Positions 41,480-50,693 of a stretch of DNA of 64,000 bases are shown piece after piece; position 1 is the stretch's first letter, and each line of letters starts with the position of its first letter. The notes beneath the pieces were generated by a model that was not told where the DNA came from, ran no database searches, and was given only the letters and a program-made list of their open reading frames with translations. This DNA is from Polyangiaceae bacterium (GTDB lineage Bacteria; Myxococcota_A; Polyangia; Polyangiales; Polyangiaceae), in NCBI GenBank assembly GCA_050287085.1, contig JBNKBE010000002.1, positions 128,001 through 192,000 on the forward strand. Direction: 5' to 3'. Position numbers and translations under genes: made by a program.

Positions 41480-42691
41480 TCAGGGGCTCAGGCGTCGCAG
41501 TGCGTCGTTGAGGAGTGGACGCGCGCCTCGAATCGCCTGGTTCTCTCGGCTGGGATGCACGCGGTTGGTCAGCAGCACCACGACAGTGTGCCCTTTTGGA
41601 TCACACCAGAAGCTCGTGCCGGTGAAACCGAGGTGACCGAAGGTCTCGTCGCTGGCCAGCGTTCCGGCGCTCGAGTTGCCCTTCGAGTTCTTGGTGTCGA
41701 AGCCGCCCAGGTGTCCGCCTCCACGGCGAGGCGCAAACAGGACTTGGCGCGCGACGGGGTCCAGCGAGGCGCTCCCAGCGCGGGCCAGCAGCAACCAGTC
41801 GCCAAACGCCATCACGGAGTGCACAGCTGCGAAGAATCCGGCGTGGCCGGCCGCTCCGGAGCCCGCAAGCGCCCAGGCATTGTCGTCGTGCACGCGCCCG
41901 CGGATCACTCCGCCGCGGTAGGGGACGTCCTCGGTGGCCGCCACGCAAGCCAGGAAGGCGTCCCGTCCCAAGCACTGCTCCCACTGGCGAGCCGAGCCAA
42001 AACCGTAGACGCCCAGACGGTGTAGCTCCCGGGTCACAAGATGGTCGAGGGTCGAGAACGCAGGCGCGTAGGGCGTGAGTTGTTGCTCGATGGCACGACC
42101 GAGCAGTAGGTACCCCAGATCGGAGTACAAGCAGCGCGGGGTTCCGCCTGGATGATCGGGATCTCGGGCCTCGGCGCAGCGGCGCAGCGCCTCTTCGCGA
42201 TCGATCTCGTGGCCGCGGATGTGGGGCAAGAAGAGCTCCAGGTGTGGGAGCAACGCGGCCCGATGCGCCATGAGCGCTTGCAGAGCAAACGCCCCAGCGT
42301 GCAGACCCCTCGCGCTGGGCAGAGCCGCAGAAAGAGGGCGTCGCAAGTCGATGACCGCCCGCCGGTGCAAAGCGGCCAGTGCCGCGGCGACGAGGGGTTT
42401 GGTCAGTGACGCAAGGTCATATAAGGTGTCTGGGGTGGTTGCCGACATGTCATGCCCTAGGCGCCCGGCAGCACCCACGTAGGTCGTCAGCCGTCCTTGT
42501 TTGCGCACCAGGAGCCCGGCCGTAGCACCAGGTGCGACTCCGGCCTGCACGATGTGCTGTTCTAGCAGGGCGTCTATCGCTTCGAGTCGGCGACAGGAAA
42601 GGGCGGGACTGGTTGGGGTGCGGAGTCGGGGCCCGACGTCTTGCCCCGCCGCAGCGGACTCCGGCTGCGGCGCCGTGGGGTTTTTTGCCAT
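41480..42691 (-). CDS. Serine hydrolase, beta-lactamase class C / AmiE-like family
   Basis: DLASLTK (SxxK), YSDLGY, GRVHDDNA..GHAG, GHLGFTGT, LLTNRVHP. Confidence 0.88.
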   Translation of the reverse strand: MAKNPTAPQPESAAAGQDVGPRLRTPTSPALSCRRLEAIDALLEQHIVQAGVAPGATAGLLVRKQGRLTTYVGAAGRLGHDMSATTPDTLYDLASLTKPLVAAALAALHRRAVIDLRRPLSAALPSARGLHAGAFALQALMAHRAALLPHLELFLPHIRGHEIDREEALRRCAEARDPDHPGGTPRCLYSDLGYLLLGRAIEQQLTPYAPAFSTLDHLVTRELHRLGVYGFGSARQWEQCLGRDAFLACVAATEDVPYRGGVIRGRVHDDNAWALAGSGAAGHAGFFAAVHSVMAFGDWLLLARAGSASLDPVARQVLFAPRRGGGHLGGFDTKNSKGNSSAGTLASDETFGHLGFTGTSFWCDPKGHTVVVLLTNRVHPSRENQAIRGARPLLNDALRRLSP

Positions 42692-42841
42692 TGCTACAGA
42701 AAGCTGGGAACCTCGCCGTTGTATTCATCAAAGACCGACGACTCGGTTGGACGGCTCCTCCACCTTCTGACGCGCCGTCCAAGCTTGTCAACGTTGGGGC
42801 TGCGATGAATACTCGTCGTCGCTCGTTTCCTGCAGAAGACT

Positions 42842-44059
42842 ATGGCCGAATTCACCTGGGAAGCCGTTACCCGCACTGGCGAGTCCAAGAAGGGCAGCAT
42901 GGAGGCGGCCGACGAAGAGACCGTAACCCAGCGGCTTCGGCAGCAGAATCTCAATCCCACCGGGATTCGACGCAAGCGGCGCTCCCTCGGGAGTATCAAG
43001 TTCGGCGGGGGGGTCAAGACCGCGGACTTGGTGACCTTCACCCGCCTCTTCGCGACGATGATCGACGCGGGGCTGCCGCTCATCCAATGCCTCGAAATAT
43101 TGGCTGGGCAGCAAAAGACCAAGACTTTCCAAGATGTGCTCCGCGACACCAAGATGCAGGTGGAGCAGGGCAGCTCTTTCAGCGATTCCCTTCGCCGCCA
43201 CCCCAAGGTATTTGACGAGCTGTTCGTTAACCTGGTTCAGGCGGGTGAGGCCGGAGGTATTCTCGACAGCATCATGAATCGCTTATCGATCTACATCGAG
43301 AAGCGGCAGAAGCTCGCCCGGCAGGTGAAGAGCGCTCTGACCTATCCCACGATCGTGCTCATCATCGCCATCGGTGTCATGGGTGTGATGCTGACTTTCG
43401 TCATTCCAGCCTTCGAGAACATGTTCAAAGAGTTCGGTGGCGGCCCGGAAGCGCTTCCGTGGATCACCCGCATGATGGTGGCCATCTCTCACGGGTTTAT
43501 CTCGTTTCTGCCGCTATTGCTCTTGGTCGGCATTGGGCTTGGTAGCGCATTCATGTACGCGATTCGCCAGCCGCGTGGGCGCCAGATCCTCCACCGCTCG
43601 CTGCTGCAATTCCCGATCGTGGGCAACGTATTGCGAAAGATCGCCGTTGCGCGCTTCACGCGCACGATGGGGACCCTCTTGCAGTCAGGGGTGCCCATTT
43701 TGGACGCGCTTGATATCTGCGCACGCACGGCGGGCAATGTCGTGATCGAGGACGGTATTCTGCTGGTGCGGCGCCGCATCAGCGAGGGCATGAATATGGC
43801 CGAACCCTTGATGGAAGCGGCCGTCTTTCCCGACATGGTGGTGCAGATGATCGGCGTGGGTGAGCAAACGGGCGCGCTGGACCAGATGCTCAGCAAGATT
43901 GCGGACTTCTACGAGGAAGAAACCGATCTGGCGGTCGCGGGTCTGACCAGTATGCTCGAGCCGATCATGATGGTGGGGATCGGCGGGATGGTGGGCACCG
44001 TGTTGGTCGCGATGTATCTGCCGATCTTCTCTCTTGCAGGCAACATCAAGGCTGGGTGA
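42842..44059 (+). CDS. pilC: Type IV pilus inner-membrane platform protein (T2SS F family)
   Basis: FTRLFATMIDAGLP, AGEAGG, GEQTGALD..LEP motifs. Confidence 0.93.
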   Translation: MAEFTWEAVTRTGESKKGSMEAADEETVTQRLRQQNLNPTGIRRKRRSLGSIKFGGGVKTADLVTFTRLFATMIDAGLPLIQCLEILAGQQKTKTFQDVLRDTKMQVEQGSSFSDSLRRHPKVFDELFVNLVQAGEAGGILDSIMNRLSIYIEKRQKLARQVKSALTYPTIVLIIAIGVMGVMLTFVIPAFENMFKEFGGGPEALPWITRMMVAISHGFISFLPLLLLVGIGLGSAFMYAIRQPRGRQILHRSLLQFPIVGNVLRKIAVARFTRTMGTLLQSGVPILDALDICARTAGNVVIEDGILLVRRRISEGMNMAEPLMEAAVFPDMVVQMIGVGEQTGALDQMLSKIADFYEEETDLAVAGLTSMLEPIMMVGIGGMVGTVLVAMYLPIFSLAGNIKAG

Positions 44060-44066
44060 CTCCGTC

Positions 44067-45431
44067 GTGGCGAGCGCCCCGAGCGATTCGCCTGTTGCGG
44101 CCGAGCGGCGACAGGTGCCCTTTGCCCAGCGCCTAGCGTGGATCGCCGCGGTCCGCACGGGGTTGCTCGCGGCGCTCTTTCTCGCGGTTGTGCTGGTCAA
44201 CGTACGCCGGCCGTCGTTGCTGTCATTCACCGTGGTGGTGGGCTTGTGGGCGGTGGGCATCGCCTTTGTGCTGAGCGCCAGCTACGCGTGGTTTCTGCGA
44301 CGGGGCAAGAGCCTTCGGCGGCTCGCCGTGGTGCAGCTGGTCTCCGATCAGGCGCTTTGGACGGTGCTCGTCTATCTTTCCGGCGGCGTTACCAGCGGTG
44401 CGACGAGCTTCTACGGTGTTACCTCCTTCTTTGGGGCACTGCTCATCGGCTTTCGAGGGGCGGCTCTCGCTGGCGTCACGGGGGTTGTATTCTTTCTGCT
44501 GCTCAGCCTGGCGCTGCTCTCTGGACAGCTGCCCCCACCCCTGGATCAGCCGGCTGAGATCTATCTGGTGTCGCCGGAGGAAGCGCTCTACTCGGTGGGA
44601 CTCAATGCGCTGGTCTTGGTCATCGTAGCGCTCCTGGCGGGCAATCTCGCCGAGCGCTTGAGGGCTGCGGGGGGCCGAGCGGTGCGCGCCGAGGCCCGGG
44701 CGGAGCAGGCGGAACGGGAGGCCGCGCTGGGTCGTCTAGCGGCGGGGTTGGCGCACGAGATCCGCAATCCGCTGGGGGCGATTAGCGGAAGTTCTCGTCT
44801 GCTCAGCGCAAACCCGGAGCTGTCGGGGGAGGACCGCGAATTGTGCGATATCATCGCCCGCGAGAGCGCGCGGCTGGAACAACTCGTCAGCGACATGCTG
44901 AATCTGACGCGCAGACAACGACCGGAGCTCCAGGCCGTGGACGCAGGTCTCGTCGCAGATGACGTGGTGCGTCTAAGCCAACACACCGGAAGAGGTCATT
45001 CCGACGTGAAGCTGAGCTGCCGCGCCGACCCTGGGGTGCTGGTGTGGGCTGATGCCGACATGTTGCGGCAAGTGATCTGGAACTTGGTGCGCAACGCCGT
45101 GGAGGCCAGTCATCCGGGACAAACCGTGGAAGTGAAGGTGCTCGCTGCGCAGGGGCGGGCTCTGCTCACGGTGCTCGACCGGGGCTCGGGTCTGGAGGCC
45201 GAGGCCAAAGAGCGGCTCTTCGATCCCTTCTTCACCACCCGCTCTCACGGTACTGGCATCGGTTTGGCCGTTGTGGGTCGCATCGTCGCCGATCATCAGT
45301 GGAGTATTGCCGTGGACGATACACCCGGCGGCGGGGCAACCTTCTGCGTCCAGCTGGGCGAGCTCGCGGCGCCGGGGTCGACTGCACCCCAGCGGGAGCC
45401 GTGGACTTTGTTTCCCAAGGGTCCAGGTTAG
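44067..45431 (+). CDS. PilS-like membrane sensor histidine kinase
   Basis: About six TM segments, AHEIRNPL H-box, NLVRNA, DRGSG, FFTT, GTGIGL; directly follows pilC. Confidence 0.85.
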   Translation: MASAPSDSPVAAERRQVPFAQRLAWIAAVRTGLLAALFLAVVLVNVRRPSLLSFTVVVGLWAVGIAFVLSASYAWFLRRGKSLRRLAVVQLVSDQALWTVLVYLSGGVTSGATSFYGVTSFFGALLIGFRGAALAGVTGVVFFLLLSLALLSGQLPPPLDQPAEIYLVSPEEALYSVGLNALVLVIVALLAGNLAERLRAAGGRAVRAEARAEQAEREAALGRLAAGLAHEIRNPLGAISGSSRLLSANPELSGEDRELCDIIARESARLEQLVSDMLNLTRRQRPELQAVDAGLVADDVVRLSQHTGRGHSDVKLSCRADPGVLVWADADMLRQVIWNLVRNAVEASHPGQTVEVKVLAAQGRALLTVLDRGSGLEAEAKERLFDPFFTTRSHGTGIGLAVVGRIVADHQWSIAVDDTPGGGATFCVQLGELAAPGSTAPQREPWTLFPKGPG

Positions 45432-45513
45432 CTCGCCCCGCGCGACCACTTCATGACGGCCGGTGGGCCAAAAATGGAAGCCTTTGGTATCCGGCTGCGT
45501 AGGGTGGAGAGGT

Positions 45514-46158
45514 ATGCTCAACGCCACTCGTCTCATGACTCCTTGCCGCGCATCGCTTTGCCCTCGCCGCGCCCTCGTCAGCGCCCTACTTCTCATCCCC
45601 CTGCTGGCCGCAGGGATAGCAACGGCTGGCCCGGCGGAGAGTCAGGCCGCCCGGCGCTTCGTGGAAGACAAGCAGGCCAAGATTGAAGTCGCGCTGAAGG
45701 CCGGCAAAGCGGGAGAAGAGCAGCTCGTTGGGCTGCTCGACAGCATGCTGGACTACGAGGCATTTGCGACCGCGGCTTTGGGACGTCATGCCGACGCGCT
45801 GTCGTCCGAGCAACGCACCCGCTTTCAGGGGGTCCTCGAAGAGTTGATCCGCGCTTCGTATCGGCGCAATTTGAGGGCGCCAGAGCACTACGTCGTCACG
45901 TTTGTGGGTGAAGCGGATACGGGCACAGGGGGCGTCCTGGTGAGCACCGTGGCCAAGCATCGGACCAAGAAGCGCGAGGAGCCGCTGCAGGTAGACTACG
46001 CGGTGCAGGTGGGGTCGAAAGGACTTCGCGTACGGGATATCGTCACGGGCGGGGTGAGTTTGGTCACCAACTACCGTCGCCAATTCGGCCGCATCATCGA
46101 AAAGAAGGGCTTTGACGGGCTCATGGCACTGATGGAAAAAAAGCTCAAGACGCCCTGA
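45514..46158 (+). CDS. MlaC/Ttg2D-family periplasmic lipid-binding protein
   Basis: Signal peptide; LDY..A..ALG, VDY..DIVTGGVSLVTNYRRQF. Confidence 0.85.
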   Translation: MLNATRLMTPCRASLCPRRALVSALLLIPLLAAGIATAGPAESQAARRFVEDKQAKIEVALKAGKAGEEQLVGLLDSMLDYEAFATAALGRHADALSSEQRTRFQGVLEELIRASYRRNLRAPEHYVVTFVGEADTGTGGVLVSTVAKHRTKKREEPLQVDYAVQVGSKGLRVRDIVTGGVSLVTNYRRQFGRIIEKKGFDGLMALMEKKLKTP

Positions 46159-46230
46159 CCACCGCCCCAGGCGGCGAAACCCCAGTATTTTTCCTGCGCA
46201 GGGCATGGGTGCTAGCATCCATGGGTTTCC

Positions 46231-48528
46231 GTGCCGGCTCTGACACCCCATAGCGCGCCTTCCGGCGTCGACGCCGCCGCTCAGATCCCATTGCGGCTGG
46301 TGGCCTGGGGTGGGGGCGTGGGGATTGAGCTCTACGACGCTTGCCGTCTTGGGCCGCTCCGGATCAGCGAGCTGGTCTGGACGCTACCGGGGATTCGCTT
46401 TCCGGTCGACCTGTCCGGTGGGGTGAGGGGCTTTCGCAGTCGTCGGGGCGAGTTGAGCACGCTGCGCGTGGAGCTTTCCCACCGAGAGCTCGAGACTTGG
46501 CTGCAGACGCGGCTTCGCTCGGCGCTAGGCGGGCTGCGTTCTCGCCCGCGTGTTTGGCCCACGCCTGGCGGCTTGGGGATCGGGGTGGTGGGGGCGCAGG
46601 GCGCCGTCGCTTTCGACGTGTTCTGGGCGCCCGACCTTGGTGCCGCGCGTTGGGTCGTGGGAAACGCGCGGGGGGCTGGCTTTCCAGGGCCACCGATTGT
46701 GGAAGCCTTGCGTTTGATGGAGAGCAGTTTGGGGGAAGCCGCGCAGCGTCGAGGGCGCTGTTTCGAGTTGCCCAAGACCGCCCAATGGCTTGTGCAGCGG
46801 GTCCTGCCCGACGTGGGTGTGCGGACGCCGGCTACCGGCCGCGTTGTGCTTTCGGCCCTGGAAAGCGACGATGAAAGCAGTTGGTGGGAAGCGGGTGCCA
46901 CGGCTCCACCCGCCCTGGGTTCAGCCGCTCAACGTCACCTCCATTTGGCTGATCTGTTGCGGGATGCGGACGACGCTCTGGTTCTGGGGCGACTGGAGGA
47001 GGCACGCTCCCGTTTGCTCGAAGCCTCCGAGCTCGCCCCCCGTCACCCAGAGGTGGCTGCCGCCCTCGCGAGTCTCGACCTCGAATACGGTGAACGACGC
47101 GAGTCGGCGTTGGGCATCTTGAATGAGGCGCTCCCCGTCACTTCCTTTGGCTTGCTGGGAGCTCGACTGCTGGCTTCGACGGGGGATCTCGAGGGGGCGG
47201 AGCTTGCGGTGGATAGGGCGGCACAGTCCGAGTGTTATGCGCCGCTCGCCGCGCTGATCTGGCACGAAGCTGCGGCCCTCTTCGCGACGAGCGCTTTGCG
47301 CCTCCAGGCTTTGGATTCTGCGCTTGCAGCGAGCGCTGGCTGCGAGCCCGCGCGTCGCGCCCGTTTTGCATTGCGCGTGGAGCTCGGGGATCTGGTGGGA
47401 GCGCGCGCCGACGCGGAGCACCTCGAGGCTCAGGCGTCCGGAGCCGAGGCACGGCACGAGGCAGTGATGGGGGCCGGTCGCTGTTTGGTCGAAGCGGGCT
47501 ACGCTGCGGAGGCCGGAGTCTACTTCGAACGCGCCCTTCGTTATTGCCCTGACGACGAGGGCGGTCTCTTGGGGTTGGCTCTGGCGCTGGTGGCGACCGG
47601 GCGGGCCGAGCGGGCGGGGCCATTGCTGCGTCGCGCAGCAGCCAGCCCTGAGCCGCGCGTTGCCGGCCGCGCACGGCTCGAGCTTGCGCGGCTGCTAGCC
47701 GAGCACGCGCGAGACCTGCCTCAGGCCATCGCGCAGGTCCGCCAAATCAGCGCGGAAAGCGGTCATGGGCTCGAGGCCCGAGCCCTGGAAGCGGACTTTC
47801 GGGCGCGGCTGGGCGATCTAACGGGAGCCCTGCAGGCGTACTCCAAGGTGAAGGAGTTAGCGGACTTGGGACCGGGCGCGGAAACTCCTTCGGCGATCGC
47901 GGCATTACGGCTAGCCACTCGCCTGTGCCGAGAAGAGCTGGGAGATGCTCTTGCCGCCGAGCGCTTTCTGGCCTCGGCCGTGCGCTTGGCGCCGCGTGAC
48001 GAGACGCTGCTAGCGGCTTATCGAGACGCTGCGCGCGAGGCAGCACGACTCAAACTGCCGCAGCGGAGCGAAAGCGAGCTTCTGGCGCCATCTGCGCCTC
48101 TGGCGAGCGTCTCAACGGTTTCCGTGGCAGCACCCCCGGCTCAGGCGAGAGCTGAGGTCGAGCGCGCCGTGACTGAGGACACCGACAACCCGGAGCTGCA
48201 GGAGTTCATTCGTCGCTTCGGAGCGATGAGTCCTGGGGAGCGCGAGGCTACCGCGGACGAACTACGACAAAGCTATCTTTCGTCTCCGTCGGCTCCAGGT
48301 GTCTTTGAGCGCCTCTGCCACGCCTTTGTGGAGACCGCGCAGTTGGTAGAGTTGCACGCCTTGTTGGCGTCCGCCTATGAAGATGCTGACGAAGGGGAGC
48401 GTCCCCAATTGAAAGAACAGCTGGAGCACGCCTTGGAGCTTCTTGCTAGCTCAGCCCCTGACGTAGCCGATCGAGAGATCTACGCGCAGCAGTTGGCCAT
48501 TCTGCGGGCGCCCGAGTCCGCGAGCTGA
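46231..48528 (+). CDS. TPR-containing hypothetical protein
   Basis: Long ORF; N-terminal beta-rich region followed by TPR-like Ala/Leu helices. Confidence 0.7.
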   Translation: MPALTPHSAPSGVDAAAQIPLRLVAWGGGVGIELYDACRLGPLRISELVWTLPGIRFPVDLSGGVRGFRSRRGELSTLRVELSHRELETWLQTRLRSALGGLRSRPRVWPTPGGLGIGVVGAQGAVAFDVFWAPDLGAARWVVGNARGAGFPGPPIVEALRLMESSLGEAAQRRGRCFELPKTAQWLVQRVLPDVGVRTPATGRVVLSALESDDESSWWEAGATAPPALGSAAQRHLHLADLLRDADDALVLGRLEEARSRLLEASELAPRHPEVAAALASLDLEYGERRESALGILNEALPVTSFGLLGARLLASTGDLEGAELAVDRAAQSECYAPLAALIWHEAAALFATSALRLQALDSALAASAGCEPARRARFALRVELGDLVGARADAEHLEAQASGAEARHEAVMGAGRCLVEAGYAAEAGVYFERALRYCPDDEGGLLGLALALVATGRAERAGPLLRRAAASPEPRVAGRARLELARLLAEHARDLPQAIAQVRQISAESGHGLEARALEADFRARLGDLTGALQAYSKVKELADLGPGAETPSAIAALRLATRLCREELGDALAAERFLASAVRLAPRDETLLAAYRDAAREAARLKLPQRSESELLAPSAPLASVSTVSVAAPPAQARAEVERAVTEDTDNPELQEFIRRFGAMSPGEREATADELRQSYLSSPSAPGVFERLCHAFVETAQLVELHALLASAYEDADEGERPQLKEQLEHALELLASSAPDVADREIYAQQLAILRAPESAS

Positions 48529-48860
48529 GCGCCCCAGGCGCTTCGGCAGCCGGACGTGTCGCGAGCTGACTTGTCACCAGGAGGGGTCTGCCGCCGTAGA
48601 ACGGCGAGCGATACCCGGGCCCCAGTCCCGGTCCCGACTAGACCGTAGCCTCGCTGCCTGGACGCAGTCATCAGCAAGGCGGTGCTGCGACCGGTCCCCC
48701 GAAACCGAACCCCCTTCCACCGGCCGAACCCCAAACCGCTCGGAGCGAGCCAGCTCGCTCGCCGCACCTCCGAGCAAAGCTTGGGCGCTATGGGTTGGGG
48801 TTGCGCTAGAAGTCTTGGAAAGGCGATTGAGTATCGAGCCGCGTTGCTTAGGATGGGGCC

Positions 48861-49163
48861 ATGTCGTTTAACGAACTCGTGTCGAGTGACATGGTGCTGC
48901 GCCATCTCACCGTTCCCGCTGAGGACGCGGTGTACGTGCGGGCCATTCTAGAGGCGAGTGACGGAATCGCTGCCGTCTTCTCGGAACGAGGTGGAGAGAT
49001 GGTGTTTGCTGCTTTCCCGAGCCGCCTTGGGGAATTGGACCAGCTGATTGCGGACCTTCGGCAGGAGTTTGGTGCGTCGATCTGGCTGGCCGAACCAGCC
49101 AGTGCGGGCCACTCGCTGGCGCGCCTCGGTTTGCCCCAGGAAGTCCCCAGCAGTGGAGACTAA
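48861..49163 (+). CDS. DUF4911-like small protein
   Basis: DAVYVRAILEASDGIA motif typical of the family. Confidence 0.7.
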   Translation: MSFNELVSSDMVLRHLTVPAEDAVYVRAILEASDGIAAVFSERGGEMVFAAFPSRLGELDQLIADLRQEFGASIWLAEPASAGHSLARLGLPQEVPSSGD

Positions 49164-49345
49164 GTTGTGGATGCATTTGACTCAACTCTCTCCGGCGCGC
49201 TCGTCGACTCGGACGTCTTGTGCGACTCCGGTCGCACAAGCGAAATGTGCCGCGCGCTGCGAGCTTTTTTGCGTCGGACGTATTGGAGCGGCGGCCTCGT
49301 GCCGCGATTGAAAGCGGTTTGGAGTTACATTAGCGTGTCGCCTTC

Positions 49346-50071
49346 ATGACGGGTGAGGTCAGCGCTTGTAGCACTTCGATCGGGCCTTGTGAGGCGGGCT
49401 CCGGCGTCTATGCGATGTCGGTGAGCGGGGGCTTGGTGGAGCGAGAAGCGGCCTCTTTACCGTGGGATTCCGAAGGTGGCGCTGCACTTGCGGGGCGAGA
49501 GCAGCACATTTGGAACCATTGGCTGCAGTGCTTGCGGACTGACGCATCCTCCGCCGTCGCCGCGGCTCTGACCTACGCACAACAGACAGGAGCCGTCCGG
49601 GAGCGTTGGCTTCTCGCGCTCGAGTCTGACCTTCGCTCGGATCCAGAAGCCCGCGTGGCGGCTCTGGCGCCGCTGCTAGCGGTTGAACGCGATGGTGCGC
49701 GCAGTCGGCGGATCGCCGCTGCGCTGCAGCCCGTGGCCGAGCAGTTGCGCAGCGAGGAACGCCCTCTTCTGCTGCTGGCCGAGCTCCGGCCGGAGGAGCG
49801 CGCCGCGATCGTGGTGCAGCCCTTGTACCTCGACTTTGTTCAGGTGCTGGCTGTGGGGTATCGCCCGGGCCGCGACGTGTTGTGGGTCACTCATGATCCG
49901 ATCGCGCTGCGCAGTGAAGCCCCGCGCATCGGAGGTTGCTTTCGTGGAGCGATCTTGACGCCGCCTCATGGGCAACAGGCGATCGAGGAGCTGGCCCATA
50001 CGGTTTGGTCTCACGCCCGGGCCGGGGGTGAGCTCGAGCCAGCGCTGAGGCTATTGGCTCGAGCTTTGTAG
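49346..50071 (+). CDS. Hypothetical protein
   Basis: GC3-biased ORF; no recognisable motif; start uncertain. Confidence 0.6.
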   Translation: MTGEVSACSTSIGPCEAGSGVYAMSVSGGLVEREAASLPWDSEGGAALAGREQHIWNHWLQCLRTDASSAVAAALTYAQQTGAVRERWLLALESDLRSDPEARVAALAPLLAVERDGARSRRIAAALQPVAEQLRSEERPLLLLAELRPEERAAIVVQPLYLDFVQVLAVGYRPGRDVLWVTHDPIALRSEAPRIGGCFRGAILTPPHGQQAIEELAHTVWSHARAGGELEPALRLLARAL

Positions 50072-50112
50072 GTGGCGCTAGTGTGTTGAACCGATTCGGC
50101 GCCTATTGTCGC

Positions 50113-50622
50113 ATGGGCCGCGGCCTGCTGGGTGTCGCGGCAGTCTTGGCCTGCAGCGCTCGCCCAGCGGAGGCGCCAAGCTCAGCTACGACTGCACCGT
50201 TGGACTACATCTTCGAGTCTCCCGACGGTGACGTCTCGCTTGCAGACCTGCGCGGCCGAGCGACGGCGATCCTTTTCATCACGACCTATGATTTGCGCTC
50301 GCAGCTCATGGCGCAGCGTCTCGACGAAACGCTGCGGCGCGTTCAGCGACGCGCCAACGCGCTCGCTGTGGTGGTCGAAGCGCCACGATACTCGGTACTG
50401 ATTCCAACTTTTAGTGAAAGTCTAGAGCTGCACTACCGTGTGCTGCTTGCCAATCACGAGGTCTTGGTCGGAGGCAGTCTGTGGGGGAGCATGCAGCAGC
50501 TTCCTCAGCTCGTCGTCCTCGATGCACGGGGGCGCTTGCGCCACCGCTATGTGGGAGAGGTGGCGGCAGATGAACTGAAACGAACTTTGGACGCGGCCGC
50601 TGCGTCAGCAGCTGCGCCCTAG
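50113..50622 (+). CDS. Thioredoxin-fold (TlpA/redoxin-like) lipoprotein lacking CxxC
   Basis: Lipobox VLAC; VSLADLRGR..LF, LPQLVVLDARGRLR. Confidence 0.7.
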   Translation: MGRGLLGVAAVLACSARPAEAPSSATTAPLDYIFESPDGDVSLADLRGRATAILFITTYDLRSQLMAQRLDETLRRVQRRANALAVVVEAPRYSVLIPTFSESLELHYRVLLANHEVLVGGSLWGSMQQLPQLVVLDARGRLRHRYVGEVAADELKRTLDAAAASAAAP

Positions 50623-50693
50623 GTCTCATGTCTCGCCGCCGGTGCGGCCCTCGCGGCGGCCGCCGCCTTCGGTCGCTGACTTGGACAACGCTA

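Noticed and set aside
49167..49349. 60-aa ORF between the DUF4911-like gene and the hypothetical gene
   Set aside because: No motif and weak codon bias; cannot be supported, though not excluded.
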